Positions 12,684-27,597 of a stretch of 64,000 nucleotides of DNA are shown here, in pieces. The stretch comes from Eledone cirrhosa (Eukaryota): contig OZ024741.1 of assembly GCA_964016885.1 (NCBI GenBank), positions 197,656,001 through 197,720,000 on the forward strand. The letters are read 5' to 3'. Position 1 is the stretch's first letter; each line of letters opens with the position of its first letter. The position numbers were made by a program, and so were the translations under genes. The notes under the pieces are model-generated. The model did no database searches. It was not told the origin of the DNA and was given only the letters and a program-made list of their open reading frames with translations.

Positions 12684-12943
12684 TCTTTTCACTCGTAGAA
12701 TATAAAATTCCCGAGTTCAAATTACGAACTGGCGCTATTCAAAATTGTTCCCGAGATGAGAATGAATGATGTGGAAGCAATTCTGTCCAGTGCCGAGTGC
12801 AAATATAGAGGCAGAGGCAGGGAGGTCAATCTACTACCACTATAAATAGCAGCAGTCAAACGACCAGATTTCATCTCGACCAGGGGGAAATTAATAATAA
12901 TAAAGTATATATCCCTACACGCAAAAACGAATAGACACACACA

Positions 12944-12976
<33 letters not shown>

Positions 12977-13070
12977 AAATATAATATATATATATTATAT
13001 ATATATACATATAATATATATATATATTATATATATATATTCTCTCGCTTTCTCTCTCTCTATATATATA

Positions 13071-13108
<38 letters not shown>

Positions 13109-14899
13109 AGTATGTATACATTTAAGTAAGTGCCGTACTAAGAGTGAGAAATGAAATTTCATTTCATTCTATTCCATATATATATATATATAAACACTAC
13201 TTTGGCTATCAAATGCCTATTCGTGACAATATTTTAGTCATTTAATAGCAAAAGTCAAACCTCTGTGGGTTTTTCTTAACTTTATACGTAATCAAGTTGA
13301 CAGCATGTACATTTTTTCTCGTATAAAAACCATAAATATCCCTTGAAAAATTATTTCGAGTAATATAGCATTTTCAAATGTGAATAAAAAAAAAATAGAA
13401 TTCGCGCGTGAGTCGAAACAAATTTGATGTCATCTTTTCTCAACACATGGCTTTATACAAAATGCCGATATAATGACAGTGAAATGAATCGAAGTTTTAC
13501 GTCTAAGAGGTTTTGTTCAGTACTTTATCAGATGGATTGTCAAATGACTTGACAGTACCGAAGTTTTTGTGTTTGCTACACCGGGTCATTAATTCGTATT
13601 CCTGAAGATATCGTTTTGACGGTTTGAGCAAGGCATTTATTTCTACTAGTATCTATTTATTTACCTAGAAAATAATCATCAGACTGTTTGAAAAGATTTT
13701 TTATTTTCGATGATAAACTGAAACCCAAGGTGTTGATCGCTTCAAATACAGAAAATTATAAAAAATGTACTGGTCCTATGAAAACTATTCTAGCTAAAAG
13801 TTGAACTTATAAAACATTGCTTTGGATTCCAAATCTTATTGTATTCCACGATTGTATCACTTCAAGAAATTGCTTTCAAAACCCTTTAGTCTATATACCT
13901 TTCAACTCCATTGCTAATTTAATCATTGCGTTCGTAGTCTTAATCATAGAGGATTATTACAACGATTTTTGGCTCAGTATTTAACCATTTCCTTAATTTA
14001 TATCACAATAATTATTAATCATATGCTGCTTAATTACAAACTGGGACTAAATGCTTTTCCAGATTTAGCTATTATCTTACCTAAATGCACATTATTGATT
14101 GAGTTTGCAGCATCCACAAAATTCTTTGGCAGGAAGACCCGAGAATGATCTCATTCATTAATATATAGAACCTTCTACACCGAAATACCATTAGAGATCA
14201 GTTAGTATTTTATTTCTTTATCGATTCTACCCACTCCTCAAACATTCCTAACTTTTTCAGCATCCTCCCGTTTTGATGTTAGATTACTAATATGCTTATT
14301 AATAGCGTTATGATACGCATTGAACTCTGAAGTATATATACTGACGAGTCATACATTAATTAATGAATGGTATTTCAGTCATATTAGCCATCTATAAATG
14401 ATTATTAGTTGATCGTTAGACTACTTTGTTTTGGTGTAGACGCGGTCTAGACCTCATTGCAACAGGCCACAGCGTGAGTTTCCTATGTTTTGCAAACTAC
14501 CAAAGTATCAAACACGAGTTAATTGAACATTTGTTCCCCTCTATGATGTTGGACGTTATTGTTGTTTAATCCCTGTTCACCCCTTATCGCGTAGACTTAT
14601 GATTGAAATGGTTTAGTCATTCTGCAATGTGTACTCCCTTCTTTAAGAAATAGGGAAATTTGGTTGCTATTTTTAGAATGTTGACTGACTACTTAGAAGA
14701 TACATCCTTATATCCATACAGTGAGTTTATAACTATAAATGCTAATTATTTATAGATAAATCGCCTGAATTTGTAGACATGGCACAGCTTCAGTGACATG
14801 ATACGAAATATCGAGCAAGCGTATTACGTGAGGCGTTCGTGCTTTTAGGGGAGTCAACGCTAACCAGAATATTTTGAGTGTTACAATTTATATTTAATT

Positions 14900-15330
14900 T
14901 AAACACAATAGCAGCAGATTTGGGGGAAGGGCAAAATAGCCACAGTACTTGACTGGTACTTTATTCCATCGAGCCCAGAAAAAAACCAAGGTTGACCCCA
15001 GCGAGATTTGAACTCAGAATAAACACTACAATGGTATTTTATCCGGTACTCTGCCAATTCATCACCATTTTGAGTAATGATTAATCTTCTGTGAGATACA
15101 AGTTCAGCCATAGTAGAGAATCAACTTTCAGATCTGTATTAGTTCAGCTACTGTATTTGTGGTAAGCTGTAAGTTGGCAAAGTCGGATAAAAATGCTTTG
15201 CGGTATTTGACTCTGAGTTCACATCCCCACCGTGGTCAACTTTACCTTTCATCTTTTCATGGTCAATAATGTACTGGTCCAGTAATAGGGTAGATTCTGA
15301 CTCAAACTCAGTCTCCCTCTCCCCACCTCC
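14900..15330. mobile_element. Two degenerate SINEs, head to head (14900-15066 minus, 15160-15330 plus); duplicated at +7515
   Basis: ctggtactttatt...gatttgaactcaga and ctgagttcacatccc..gtcaactttacctttcatc. Confidence 0.7.
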
Positions 15331-16223
15331 TTTGTGTTTTTCTGCTTCTTTCTCTCCTTATTTCTGGAAGGAATAGAGAAGGGTTGACTCCACCGGGTAT
15401 AAATGTGTATAATACGTCGTATAGCTTGACGGCGTCCCGACGATTCCACAAGGGTTTCTCTGGAAGGAATTGGCTTGTTGGGATTTGGAGTGAGGATAAG
15501 CTCCGCCGGTTTTTAAATGCCCAAGACACTATGTTGCTGATACTACTCCATCATGGGTTACGGCTTCATACATAATGATTTGTCTTTAAATTCAAATTTT
15601 GTATTTCTATTTTTTGCAATATGTTTTATTTGCAACATTCTCAGGTCATCATCAGGTGAATTATTTCTCTGTGCATGGCTATCATTTCAAAGCGATTTTA
15701 TGTATAGATACAATTACAAATATATGGCATATCACAGTACACGATTGAATACATCCATCCAGTTCTTATAAATATTACATAGAAATCGGATTTACTTGGC
15801 AGAATAATTAAAACTGTCAGACGAGATTTCGCTCATATTTCAAAACAGCCTTGTAAATGATAAATAATAAAACGGGACAAAACACTATAATAGAGAGCTG
15901 TTAAACAGTTCTGTCTTTTTAAACAAACTGACCTTCCGTGGGATTTAAAATGTAGCAAAGACCTAACAACTTAATACGTGCAGACGAAAAATTAACAAAT
16001 GATCATTTCATAATGTGCCTCATTAAAATGCAAATGTATGTTTCTCAAATGGATTAATAGCAAACAAATCGATAGCTTATGTCTTTAATTCACAATGATA
16101 TTAAATTTGTTTCATTTATTAATTACAAAAGCATTAAAATATGAAGAAATAAATGTTTTCCATATTCTTTGACTAAATAATGAAGTGTTTCTTCGATGAA
16201 TATATATATTATATATATATATA

Positions 16224-17015
16224 CAATGATATTAAATAAATGGAAACTATATTTATAAAACCATATTTATTCTATTATATATATTTCAAGCGTACCAAAA
16301 GCTTTTGTACGCTTTCATCAGATAAAATACAAAGAGTGTTTTATAAATTTTGACAGCCAAGGAAACCATACCTTATCAGTTGAATTTTCCTTGGGTAGTG
16401 ATATTATAGAATGGATATGCAAATGAATATGTGAATAAGGTTGAGTTATGTGATTGAAAAACCGTTATTTAAAACTCTATGGAAAGTTTAGATATATAAT
16501 AATAAGAGAGAAAGAAGAAGAAGAAGAAGAAGAAGAAGGCCACTTATGTACGTTAATTTGGGAGAAATAAATTCGAATATTTACCTGTAGTATGTATATA
16601 TTTATATGGAGAATTATGTTTGTAAGTATTTATCTTATAATATTGTAATGGGTTAAATATATAAATATCTATATATATTTTAATAATAGCATATGTATTT
16701 TTATTAAAAAGATAATTTGCAATTATTAGTTGTTTATAATATGAGTTACGGGGGTGTTGATTTTGTGTTTTATATAGATAAATAAATAAATAAAAAATAA
16801 ATAGGTAGTTCAAGTTGTAGGTGGTTGTTCTTAATATCAGTTACGAGCTTTTGGTACCCTTGACATATATATAATAGAATAAATATGGTTTTATAAATAT
16901 AGTTTCCATTTATTTAATATCATTGAATATTTAATCCAGATTTCTGTCGATTGCTCTGAATCAGTTATAAACATTTATATTTGTTGAATTTCCAACAAAT
17001 TAAATATCCCTTCTA

Positions 17016-17018
<3 letters not shown>
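16224..17018. mobile_element. Non-coding foldback PLE-like element between (TA)n tracts (duplicate 23739-24533)
   Basis: 16224-16305 is the inverse of 16846-16925; the right arm has a ~90-bp tail; same family as 48273-48672. Confidence 0.8.
16268..16329 (-). ncRNA. Type I hammerhead ribozyme (duplicate 23783-23844)
   Basis: tattttat-CTGATGA-aagcgtac-aaaagcttttg-gtacgctt-GAAA-tatata-TA-atagaata. Confidence 0.85.
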
Positions 17019-17090
<72 letters not shown>

Positions 17091-17361
17091 TTATATGTAT
17101 AAGGAAAGCACAAACAAGGGACAGTCCCCTCTTCAGTTGTCTGCTGGAGGTCACCAACATTTTAACGCATTAAAAACAATATGTCTATCTTCAGTGCGTC
17201 AATAACTTTTGTAAGTTATTAGGGAAAGAAAAAGGGAGAGAGAAAAAATTAAACAGAAGGGAAAAAAGAAGAAAAACGCAGAGAACATACCGATAAATAC
17301 ATAAGTTGACGGCGAGATAGGGAGAGCGATATATATATATAGATAGATAGATAGATATATG

Positions 17362-17863
17362 GAGATATTTCAATTGAGAAAAAAACTAGGATTTAATAAA
17401 AAATATACATATATGACAAATACAAATTTAGATGTTAAATAAAAACATTACTCACTTAAATGTTATATTTAAATGGCTGTACTTCCAAATATGACTATTG
17501 AATCATAGAGATATCTGTTTCTGAGAATCAGAGAATACTGAATGTTCACTAGCGCGAGATTAATATGTATTTTACGAAGACTTAAACATACCGACGAAGA
17601 GTTTCAGGATCTTGATTGAGGTTCCCCTTAATCGATAATTGGTGATCGATACTAATTACTGTAATCGATGGTGAACATTCAGTATTCTCTGATTCTCAGT
17701 AAAAGATCTCTCTCTCTCTATGATTGGATGGTCATATATGGAAGTACGGCCATTTAAATATAACATTTAAGTGAGTAATGTTTTTATTTAACATCTAAAT
17801 TCGTATTTGTCATAAATGTATATATGTATTAAATCCTAGTTTGTTTCTCAATTGAAATATCTC
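17362..17863. repeat. ~190-bp diverged inverted repeat (17362-17549 / 17671-17863) flanked by TA/GATA tracts; duplicated at +7515
   Basis: gagatatttcaattgagaa...gaatgttcac vs gtgaacattc...ttctcaattgaaatatctc. Confidence 0.85.
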
Positions 17864-17883
17864 TGTATATATATATATATATA

Positions 17884-17926
<43 letters not shown>

Positions 17927-18209
17927 GAAGAATGGCGTGCTGCGCTGTTGCGAACATGAACATATGAATAAAAATAGACAAGGGTTAAAATGTCTTCAGT
18001 AGTCTGCTGATTATCGTTGACGCATTAAAGACTAGATACCTAAAATCAGTGCGAGCGATAACTCTATTAAGTTATCGGGACAGTGGGAAAACAGAGGGAA
18101 GGAAACAAACACATGGTGGTATGCAACGTAAAGAGGGGGAATAGAGACAAGTCAATGAATCCTGTGGGCTTAAGCTCGACGAATCAAATTGACGAGGAGA
18201 ATATTATAG

Positions 18210-18210
<1 letters not shown>

Positions 18211-18283
<73 letters not shown>

Positions 18284-18297
18284 ATATATATATATAT

Positions 18298-18329
<32 letters not shown>

Positions 18330-18342
18330 ATATATATTATAT

Positions 18343-18395
<53 letters not shown>

Positions 18396-18467
18396 ATATA
18401 TATTATATATATATATATATTATATATATATATATAATATATATATATTATATATATATATATATAT

Positions 18468-18520
<53 letters not shown>

Positions 18521-18526
18521 ATATAT

Positions 18527-18560
<34 letters not shown>

Positions 18561-18598
18561 ATATTATATATATATATATATTATATATATATATATAT

Positions 18599-18669
<71 letters not shown>

Positions 18670-18747
18670 ATATAATATTATATATATATATATATTATAT
18701 ATATATATATATATATTATATATTATATATATATTATATATATATAT

Positions 18748-18787
<40 letters not shown>

Positions 18788-18835
18788 TATTATATATTAT
18801 ATATATATATAATATATATATATATTATATATTAT

Positions 18836-18881
<46 letters not shown>

Positions 18882-18884
18882 TAT

Positions 18885-18970
<86 letters not shown>

Positions 18971-19003
18971 TATATATTATATATATATATATATATTATA
19001 TAT

Positions 19004-19055
<52 letters not shown>

Positions 19056-19074
19056 TATATATTAATATTATATA

Positions 19075-19114
<40 letters not shown>

Positions 19115-19119
19115 ATATA

Positions 19120-19206
<87 letters not shown>

Positions 19207-19247
19207 ATATATTATATATTATATATATATATATTATATTATATTAT
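18211..19247. repeat. ~1-kb (TA)n tract with periodic TT/AA phase shifts (second copy 25718-26760)
   Basis: Directly visible; abuts the gap. Confidence 0.95.
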
Positions 19248-19749
19248 NNNNNNNNNNNNNNNNNNNNNNNNNNNNNNNNNNNNNNNNNNNNNNNNNNNNN
19301 NNNNNNNNNNNNNNNNNNNNNNNNNNNNNNNNNNNNNNNNNNNNNNNNNNNNNNNNNNNNNNNNNNNNNNNNNNNNNNNNNNNNNNNNNNNNNNNNNNNN
19401 NNNNNNNNNNNNNNNNNNNNNNNNNNNNNNNNNNNNNNNNNNNNNNNGATTCTTTGTAATTTTATTTTTAATTTTTTTTATTTTATTTTCAACCCCAAAA
19501 CGTTCCGGACTTTCGCAGTTATCTCCCTTACACCCCCCGCACGCAGTCTAGTATTGCCTGTGTGAAGTGACCGAGTTTCTGCGCATGTGAGTTCGTACGG
19601 TTGTCCTTCCTGTTCCTATAACCATAAACATCCCGAGCTGAAGATCCGCGAAGGTGAAACAATTGTTCTCGGTATGGTAAACTAACTACCTAACTCGTCC
19701 CTTGGACTAAGTGCTCTACTACTACGGATATTACCTTCCAGTGTTCCAC

Positions 19750-19822
<73 letters not shown>

Positions 19823-20458
19823 GATAGAGCGACTTTTGTCAAATCGGACCGAGGAAACAATGTTTCTGTTGGTCTTTCCAGTTGCTAGTACTATCTATCG
19901 GTCGCAACTCCATGTAGAAGGAGCAACGTGAAATAAAGTGTCTTGCTCAAGGACATAACGCATCGCTCGGTCCAGGAATCGAACTCACAACCTCAAGATT
20001 GTGAATCCAATTCAGCCACTCGCCATATATATATATATATATAATCAGGTTTAGCAAATAAGAAAAAGTTTCAAAATAAATTTCAAAAAATTCACTGTAC
20101 TTACTATGGTTACCTTTACCGAATCGGTTTCGAGTCTCACAAATAAATGGATAGTCCTTACGGGCTTCCATTGAAAAGATAAACTCTCGTCAGAAGGTTC
20201 TTTTCACTCGTAGAATATAAAATTCCCGAGTTCAAATTACGAACTGGCGCTATTCAAAATTGTTCCCGAGATGAGAATGAATGATGTGGAAGCAATTCTG
20301 TCCAGTGCCGAGTGCAAATATAGAGGCAGAGGCAGGGAGGTCAATCTACTACCACTATAAATAGCAGCAGTCAAACGACCAGATTTCATCTCGACCAGGG
20401 GGAAATTAATAATAATAAAGTATATATCCCTACACGCAAAAACGAATAGACACACACA

Positions 20459-20491
<33 letters not shown>

Positions 20492-20585
20492 AAATATAAT
20501 ATATATATATTATATATATATACATATAATATATATATATATTATATATATATATTCTCTCGCTTTCTCTCTCTCTATATATATA

Positions 20586-20623
<38 letters not shown>

Positions 20624-23600
20624 AGTATGTATACATTTAAGTAAGTGCCGTACTAAGAGTGAGAAATGAAATTTCATTTCATTCTATTCCATATATATAT
20701 ATATATAAACACTACTTTGGCTATCAAATGCCTATTCGTGACAATATTTTAGTCATTTAATAGCAAAAGTCAAACCTCTGTGGGTTTTTCTTAACTTTAT
20801 ACGTAATCAAGTTGACAGCATGTACATTTTTTCTCGTATAAAAACCATAAATATCCCTTGAAAAATTATTTCGAGTAATATAGCATTTTCAAATGTGAAT
20901 AAAAAAAAAATAGAATTCGCGCGTGAGTCGAAACAAATTTGATGTCATCTTTTCTCAACACATGGCTTTATACAAAATGCCGATATAATGACAGTGAAAT
21001 GAATCGAAGTTTTACGTCTAAGAGGTTTTGTTCAGTACTTTATCAGATGGATTGTCAAATGACTTGACAGTACCGAAGTTTTTGTGTTTGCTACACCGGG
21101 TCATTAATTCGTATTCCTGAAGATATCGTTTTGACGGTTTGAGCAAGGCATTTATTTCTACTAGTATCTATTTATTTACCTAGAAAATAATCATCAGACT
21201 GTTTGAAAAGATTTTTTATTTTCGATGATAAACTGAAACCCAAGGTGTTGATCGCTTCAAATACAGAAAATTATAAAAAATGTACTGGTCCTATGAAAAC
21301 TATTCTAGCTAAAAGTTGAACTTATAAAACATTGCTTTGGATTCCAAATCTTATTGTATTCCACGATTGTATCACTTCAAGAAATTGCTTTCAAAACCCT
21401 TTAGTCTATATACCTTTCAACTCCATTGCTAATTTAATCATTGCGTTCGTAGTCTTAATCATAGAGGATTATTACAACGATTTTTGGCTCAGTATTTAAC
21501 CATTTCCTTAATTTATATCACAATAATTATTAATCATATGCTGCTTAATTACAAACTGGGACTAAATGCTTTTCCAGATTTAGCTATTATCTTACCTAAA
21601 TGCACATTATTGATTGAGTTTGCAGCATCCACAAAATTCTTTGGCAGGAAGACCCGAGAATGATCTCATTCATTAATATATAGAACCTTCTACACCGAAA
21701 TACCATTAGAGATCAGTTAGTATTTTATTTCTTTATCGATTCTACCCACTCCTCAAACATTCCTAACTTTTTCAGCATCCTCCCGTTTTGATGTTAGATT
21801 ACTAATATGCTTATTAATAGCGTTATGATACGCATTGAACTCTGAAGTATATATACTGACGAGTCATACATTAATTAATGAATGGTATTTCAGTCATATT
21901 AGCCATCTATAAATGATTATTAGTTGATCGTTAGACTACTTTGTTTTGGTGTAGACGCGGTCTAGACCTCATTGCAACAGGCCACAGCGTGAGTTTCCTA
22001 TGTTTTGCAAACTACCAAAGTATCAAACACGAGTTAATTGAACATTTGTTCCCCTCTATGATGTTGGACGTTATTGTTGTTTAATCCCTGTTCACCCCTT
22101 ATCGCGTAGACTTATGATTGAAATGGTTTAGTCATTCTGCAATGTGTACTCCCTTCTTTAAGAAATAGGGAAATTTGGTTGCTATTTTTAGAATGTTGAC
22201 TGACTACTTAGAAGATACATCCTTATATCCATACAGTGAGTTTATAACTATAAATGCTAATTATTTATAGATAAATCGCCTGAATTTGTAGACATGGCAC
22301 AGCTTCAGTGACATGATACGAAATATCGAGCAAGCGTATTACGTGAGGCGTTCGTGCTTTTAGGGGAGTCAACGCTAACCAGAATATTTTGAGTGTTACA
22401 ATTTATATTTAATTTAAACACAATAGCAGCAGATTTGGGGGAAGGGCAAAATAGCCACAGTACTTGACTGGTACTTTATTCCATCGAGCCCAGAAAAAAA
22501 CCAAGGTTGACCCCAGCGAGATTTGAACTCAGAATAAACACTACAATGGTATTTTATCCGGTACTCTGCCAATTCATCACCATTTTGAGTAATGATTAAT
22601 CTTCTGTGAGATACAAGTTCAGCCATAGTAGAGAATCAACTTTCAGATCTGTATTAGTTCAGCTACTGTATTTGTGGTAAGCTGTAAGTTGGCAAAGTCG
22701 GATAAAAATGCTTTGCGGTATTTGACTCTGAGTTCACATCCCCACCGTGGTCAACTTTACCTTTCATCTTTTCATGGTCAATAATGTACTGGTCCAGTAA
22801 TAGGGTAGATTCTGACTCAAACTCAGTCTCCCTCTCCCCACCTCCTTTGTGTTTTTCTGCTTCTTTCTCTCCTTATTTCTGGAAGGAATAGAGAAGGGTT
22901 GACTCCACCGGGTATAAATGTGTATAATACGTCGTATAGCTTGACGGCGTCCCGACGATTCCACAAGGGTTTCTCTGGAAGGAATTGGCTTGTTGGGATT
23001 TGGAGTGAGGATAAGCTCCGCCGGTTTTTAAATGCCCAAGACACTATGTTGCTGATACTACTCCATCATGGGTTACGGCTTCATACATAATGATTTGTCT
23101 TTAAATTCAAATTTTGTATTTCTATTTTTTGCAATATGTTTTATTTGCAACATTCTCAGGTCATCATCAGGTGAATTATTTCTCTGTGCATGGCTATCAT
23201 TTCAAAGCGATTTTATGTATAGATACAATTACAAATATATGGCATATCACAGTACACGATTGAATACATCCATCCAGTTCTTATAAATATTACATAGAAA
23301 TCGGATTTACTTGGCAGAATAATTAAAACTGTCAGACGAGATTTCGCTCATATTTCAAAACAGCCTTGTAAATGATAAATAATAAAACGGGACAAAACAC
23401 TATAATAGAGAGCTGTTAAACAGTTCTGTCTTTTTAAACAAACTGACCTTCCGTGGGATTTAAAATGTAGCAAAGACCTAACAACTTAATACGTGCAGAC
23501 GAAAAATTAACAAATGATCATTTCATAATGTGCCTCATTAAAATGCAAATGTATGTTTCTCAAATGGATTAATAGCAAACAAATCGATAGCTTATGTCTT

Positions 23601-24530
23601 TAATTCACAATGATATTAAATTTGTTTCATTTATTAATTACAAAAGCATTAAAATATGAAGAAATAAATGTTTTCCATATTCTTTGACTAAATAATGAAG
23701 TGTTTCTTCGATGAATATATATATTATATATATATATACAATGATATTAAATAAATGGAAACTATATTTATAAAACCATATTTATTCTATTATATATATT
23801 TCAAGCGTACCAAAAGCTTTTGTACGCTTTCATCAGATAAAATACAAAGAGTGTTTTATAAATTTTGACAGCCAAGGAAACCATACCTTATCAGTTGAAT
23901 TTTCCTTGGGTAGTGATATTATAGAATGGATATGCAAATGAATATGTGAATAAGGTTGAGTTATGTGATTGAAAAACCGTTATTTAAAACTCTATGGAAA
24001 GTTTAGATATATAATAATAAGAGAGAAAGAAGAAGAAGAAGAAGAAGAAGAAGGCCACTTATGTACGTTAATTTGGGAGAAATAAATTCGAATATTTACC
24101 TGTAGTATGTATATATTTATATGGAGAATTATGTTTGTAAGTATTTATCTTATAATATTGTAATGGGTTAAATATATAAATATCTATATATATTTTAATA
24201 ATAGCATATGTATTTTTATTAAAAAGATAATTTGCAATTATTAGTTGTTTATAATATGAGTTACGGGGGTGTTGATTTTGTGTTTTATATAGATAAATAA
24301 ATAAATAAAAAATAAATAGGTAGTTCAAGTTGTAGGTGGTTGTTCTTAATATCAGTTACGAGCTTTTGGTACCCTTGACATATATATAATAGAATAAATA
24401 TGGTTTTATAAATATAGTTTCCATTTATTTAATATCATTGAATATTTAATCCAGATTTCTGTCGATTGCTCTGAATCAGTTATAAACATTTATATTTGTT
24501 GAATTTCCAACAAATTAAATATCCCTTCTA

Positions 24531-24605
<75 letters not shown>

Positions 24606-25377
24606 TTATATGTATAAGGAAAGCACAAACAAGGGACAGTCCCCTCTTCAGTTGTCTGCTGGAGGTCACCAACATTTTAACGCATTAAAAACAATATGTC
24701 TATCTTCAGTGCGTCAATAACTTTTGTAAGTTATTAGGGAAAGAAAAAGGGAGAGAGAAAAAATTAAACAGAAGGGAAAAAAGAAGAAAAACGCAGAGAA
24801 CATACCGATAAATACATAAGTTGACGGCGAGATAGGGAGAGCGATATATATATATAGATAGATAGATAGATATATGGAGATATTTCAATTGAGAAAAAAA
24901 CTAGGATTTAATAAAAAATATACATATATGACAAATACAAATTTAGATGTTAAATAAAAACATTACTCACTTAAATGTTATATTTAAATGGCTGTACTTC
25001 CAAATATGACTATTGAATCATAGAGATATCTGTTTCTGAGAATCAGAGAATACTGAATGTTCACTAGCGCGAGATTAATATGTATTTTACCGAAGACTTA
25101 AACATACCGACGAAGAGTTTCAGGATCTTGATTGAGGTTCCCCTTAATCGATAATTGGTGATCGATACTAATTACTGTAATCGATGGTGAACATTCAGTA
25201 TTCTCTGATTCTCAGTAAAAGATCTCTCTCTCTCTATGATTGGATGGTCATATATGGAAGTACGGCCATTTAAATATAACATTTAAGTGAGTAATGTTTT
25301 TATTTAACATCTAAATTCGTATTTGTCATAAATGTATATATGTATTAAATCCTAGTTTGTTTCTCAATTGAAATATC

Positions 25378-25430
<53 letters not shown>

Positions 25431-25717
25431 TATATATAAATGAAGAATGGCGTGCTGCGCTGTTGCGAACATGAACATATGAATAAAAATAGACAAGGGT
25501 TAAAATGTCTTCAGTAGTCTGCTGATTATCGTTGACGCATTAAAGACTAGATACCTAAAATCAGTGCGAGCGATAACTCTATTAAGTTATCGGGACAGTG
25601 GGAAAACAGAGGAAGGAAACAAACACATGGTGGTATGCAACGTAAAGAGGGGGAATAGAGACAAGTCAATGAATCCTGTGGGCTTAAGCTCGACGAATCA
25701 AATTGACGAGGAGAATA

Positions 25718-25801
<84 letters not shown>

Positions 25802-25809
25802 ATATATAT

Positions 25810-25895
<86 letters not shown>

Positions 25896-25913
25896 ATATA
25901 TATTATATATATA

Positions 25914-25956
<43 letters not shown>

Positions 25957-25989
25957 ATATATATTATATATATATATATATATTATATA

Positions 25990-26057
<68 letters not shown>

Positions 26058-26097
26058 ATATATTATATATATATATATATTATATATATATATATAT

Positions 26098-26131
<34 letters not shown>

Positions 26132-26137
26132 ATATAT

Positions 26138-26169
<32 letters not shown>

Positions 26170-26246
26170 ATATATATTATATATATATATATATTATATA
26201 TATATATATATATATTATATATTATATATATATTATATATATATAT

Positions 26247-26295
<49 letters not shown>

Positions 26296-26333
26296 TATAT
26301 ATATATATAATATATATATATATTATATATTAT

Positions 26334-26379
<46 letters not shown>

Positions 26380-26387
26380 TATATATA

Positions 26388-26673
<286 letters not shown>

Positions 26674-26763
26674 ATATATTATATATTATATTATATTATA
26701 TTATATTATATTATATTATATTATATTATATTATATTATAATATATATATATTATATTATTCA

Positions 26764-26950
26764 GGGCGGTGGATTGGCAGTATCGGTAGAGGGTTTGACG
26801 CCATGCTTTCCAGCATAGTTACGCCCCTTTATGATCTGAGTTCAAATCCCGCCGAGGTTGACTTTGCCTTTCATCCTTACGGGGTCGATAAAATAAAGTA
26901 CCAGTAATGCACTGGGTAATTGCTGGCCTCGTGCCTAAAGTAGAAACAAT
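26764..26950 (+). mobile_element. Full-length SINE
   Basis: Near-identical to 3762-3946. Confidence 0.9.
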
Positions 26951-27003
26951 TATATATATTATATTATATTATATTATATTATTTATGTTCATATACGGAA
27001 CAA

Positions 27004-27092
27004 AAGCGCTACCTACGGTTTCAAGACCCAATATTGACTATATCTCCTGAATGTAAGATGGATCAAAATTGTGACTTAATCTTCAAGCGCTT
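27004..27092 (-). ncRNA. Type I hammerhead-like motif (U3 variant, long decayed stem II)
   Basis: aagcgc-TTGAAGA-ttaagtcacaattttgat...gtcaatattgggtctt-GAAA-ccgtagGTA-gcgctt. Confidence 0.6.
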
Positions 27093-27530
27093 ATACGAGT
27101 TTATAAGATATTGTTAAAAGTAAAGCTAAAACGCTAGTTGACGAAAAACGTATTATAGCAAAGGGAAATGAATCAAGATGTAAATTTGAAATAGCGAAGC
27201 CGTGCACGCGTTACATTACGTGCTCTGTAACAGACGTATGGTCTTATGTGGTGGTACATAATACAGAGACGGTAATATTTATTAAGGTATGGAGCAGAGT
27301 AGTTTAGAAGGTGTACTGTATTAAGTAAGTGTGGAAAAAGAAAGAGAAAGAAAAAGTATTAAGTTGGTGGAAAATCAATTGAATTGGTTGCGTATTTTCA
27401 CTTAGTAAGTAGTTGGCTTTTGAGATGGAAGCACACAACACCACAGAAAATTCTGAAGTTTTATATATATATATATATATATATATTAATTTAAAATATT
27501 AACAAAAATAGACATTCGTGTGATCAAGTA

Positions 27531-27597
27531 TATTTTATTATATATATTTCAGAGGTACTGAGCTATCTTCAACAGTACGTCCTCATCAGATAAAATA
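27531..27597 (-). ncRNA. Type I hammerhead ribozyme
   Basis: tattttat-CTGATGA-ggacgtactg..cagtacctct-GAAA-tatata-TA-ataaaata. Confidence 0.82.

Noticed and set aside
15590-15660. Other CUGANGA matches (15650, 14341, 13602, 17130, 43512, 39938)
   Set aside because: No matching GAAA, stem III or stem I; incomplete or chance
12930-16200. Host exons in the less repetitive stretch
   Set aside because: No credible ORF or recognisable domain; short exons cannot be excluded without RNA data
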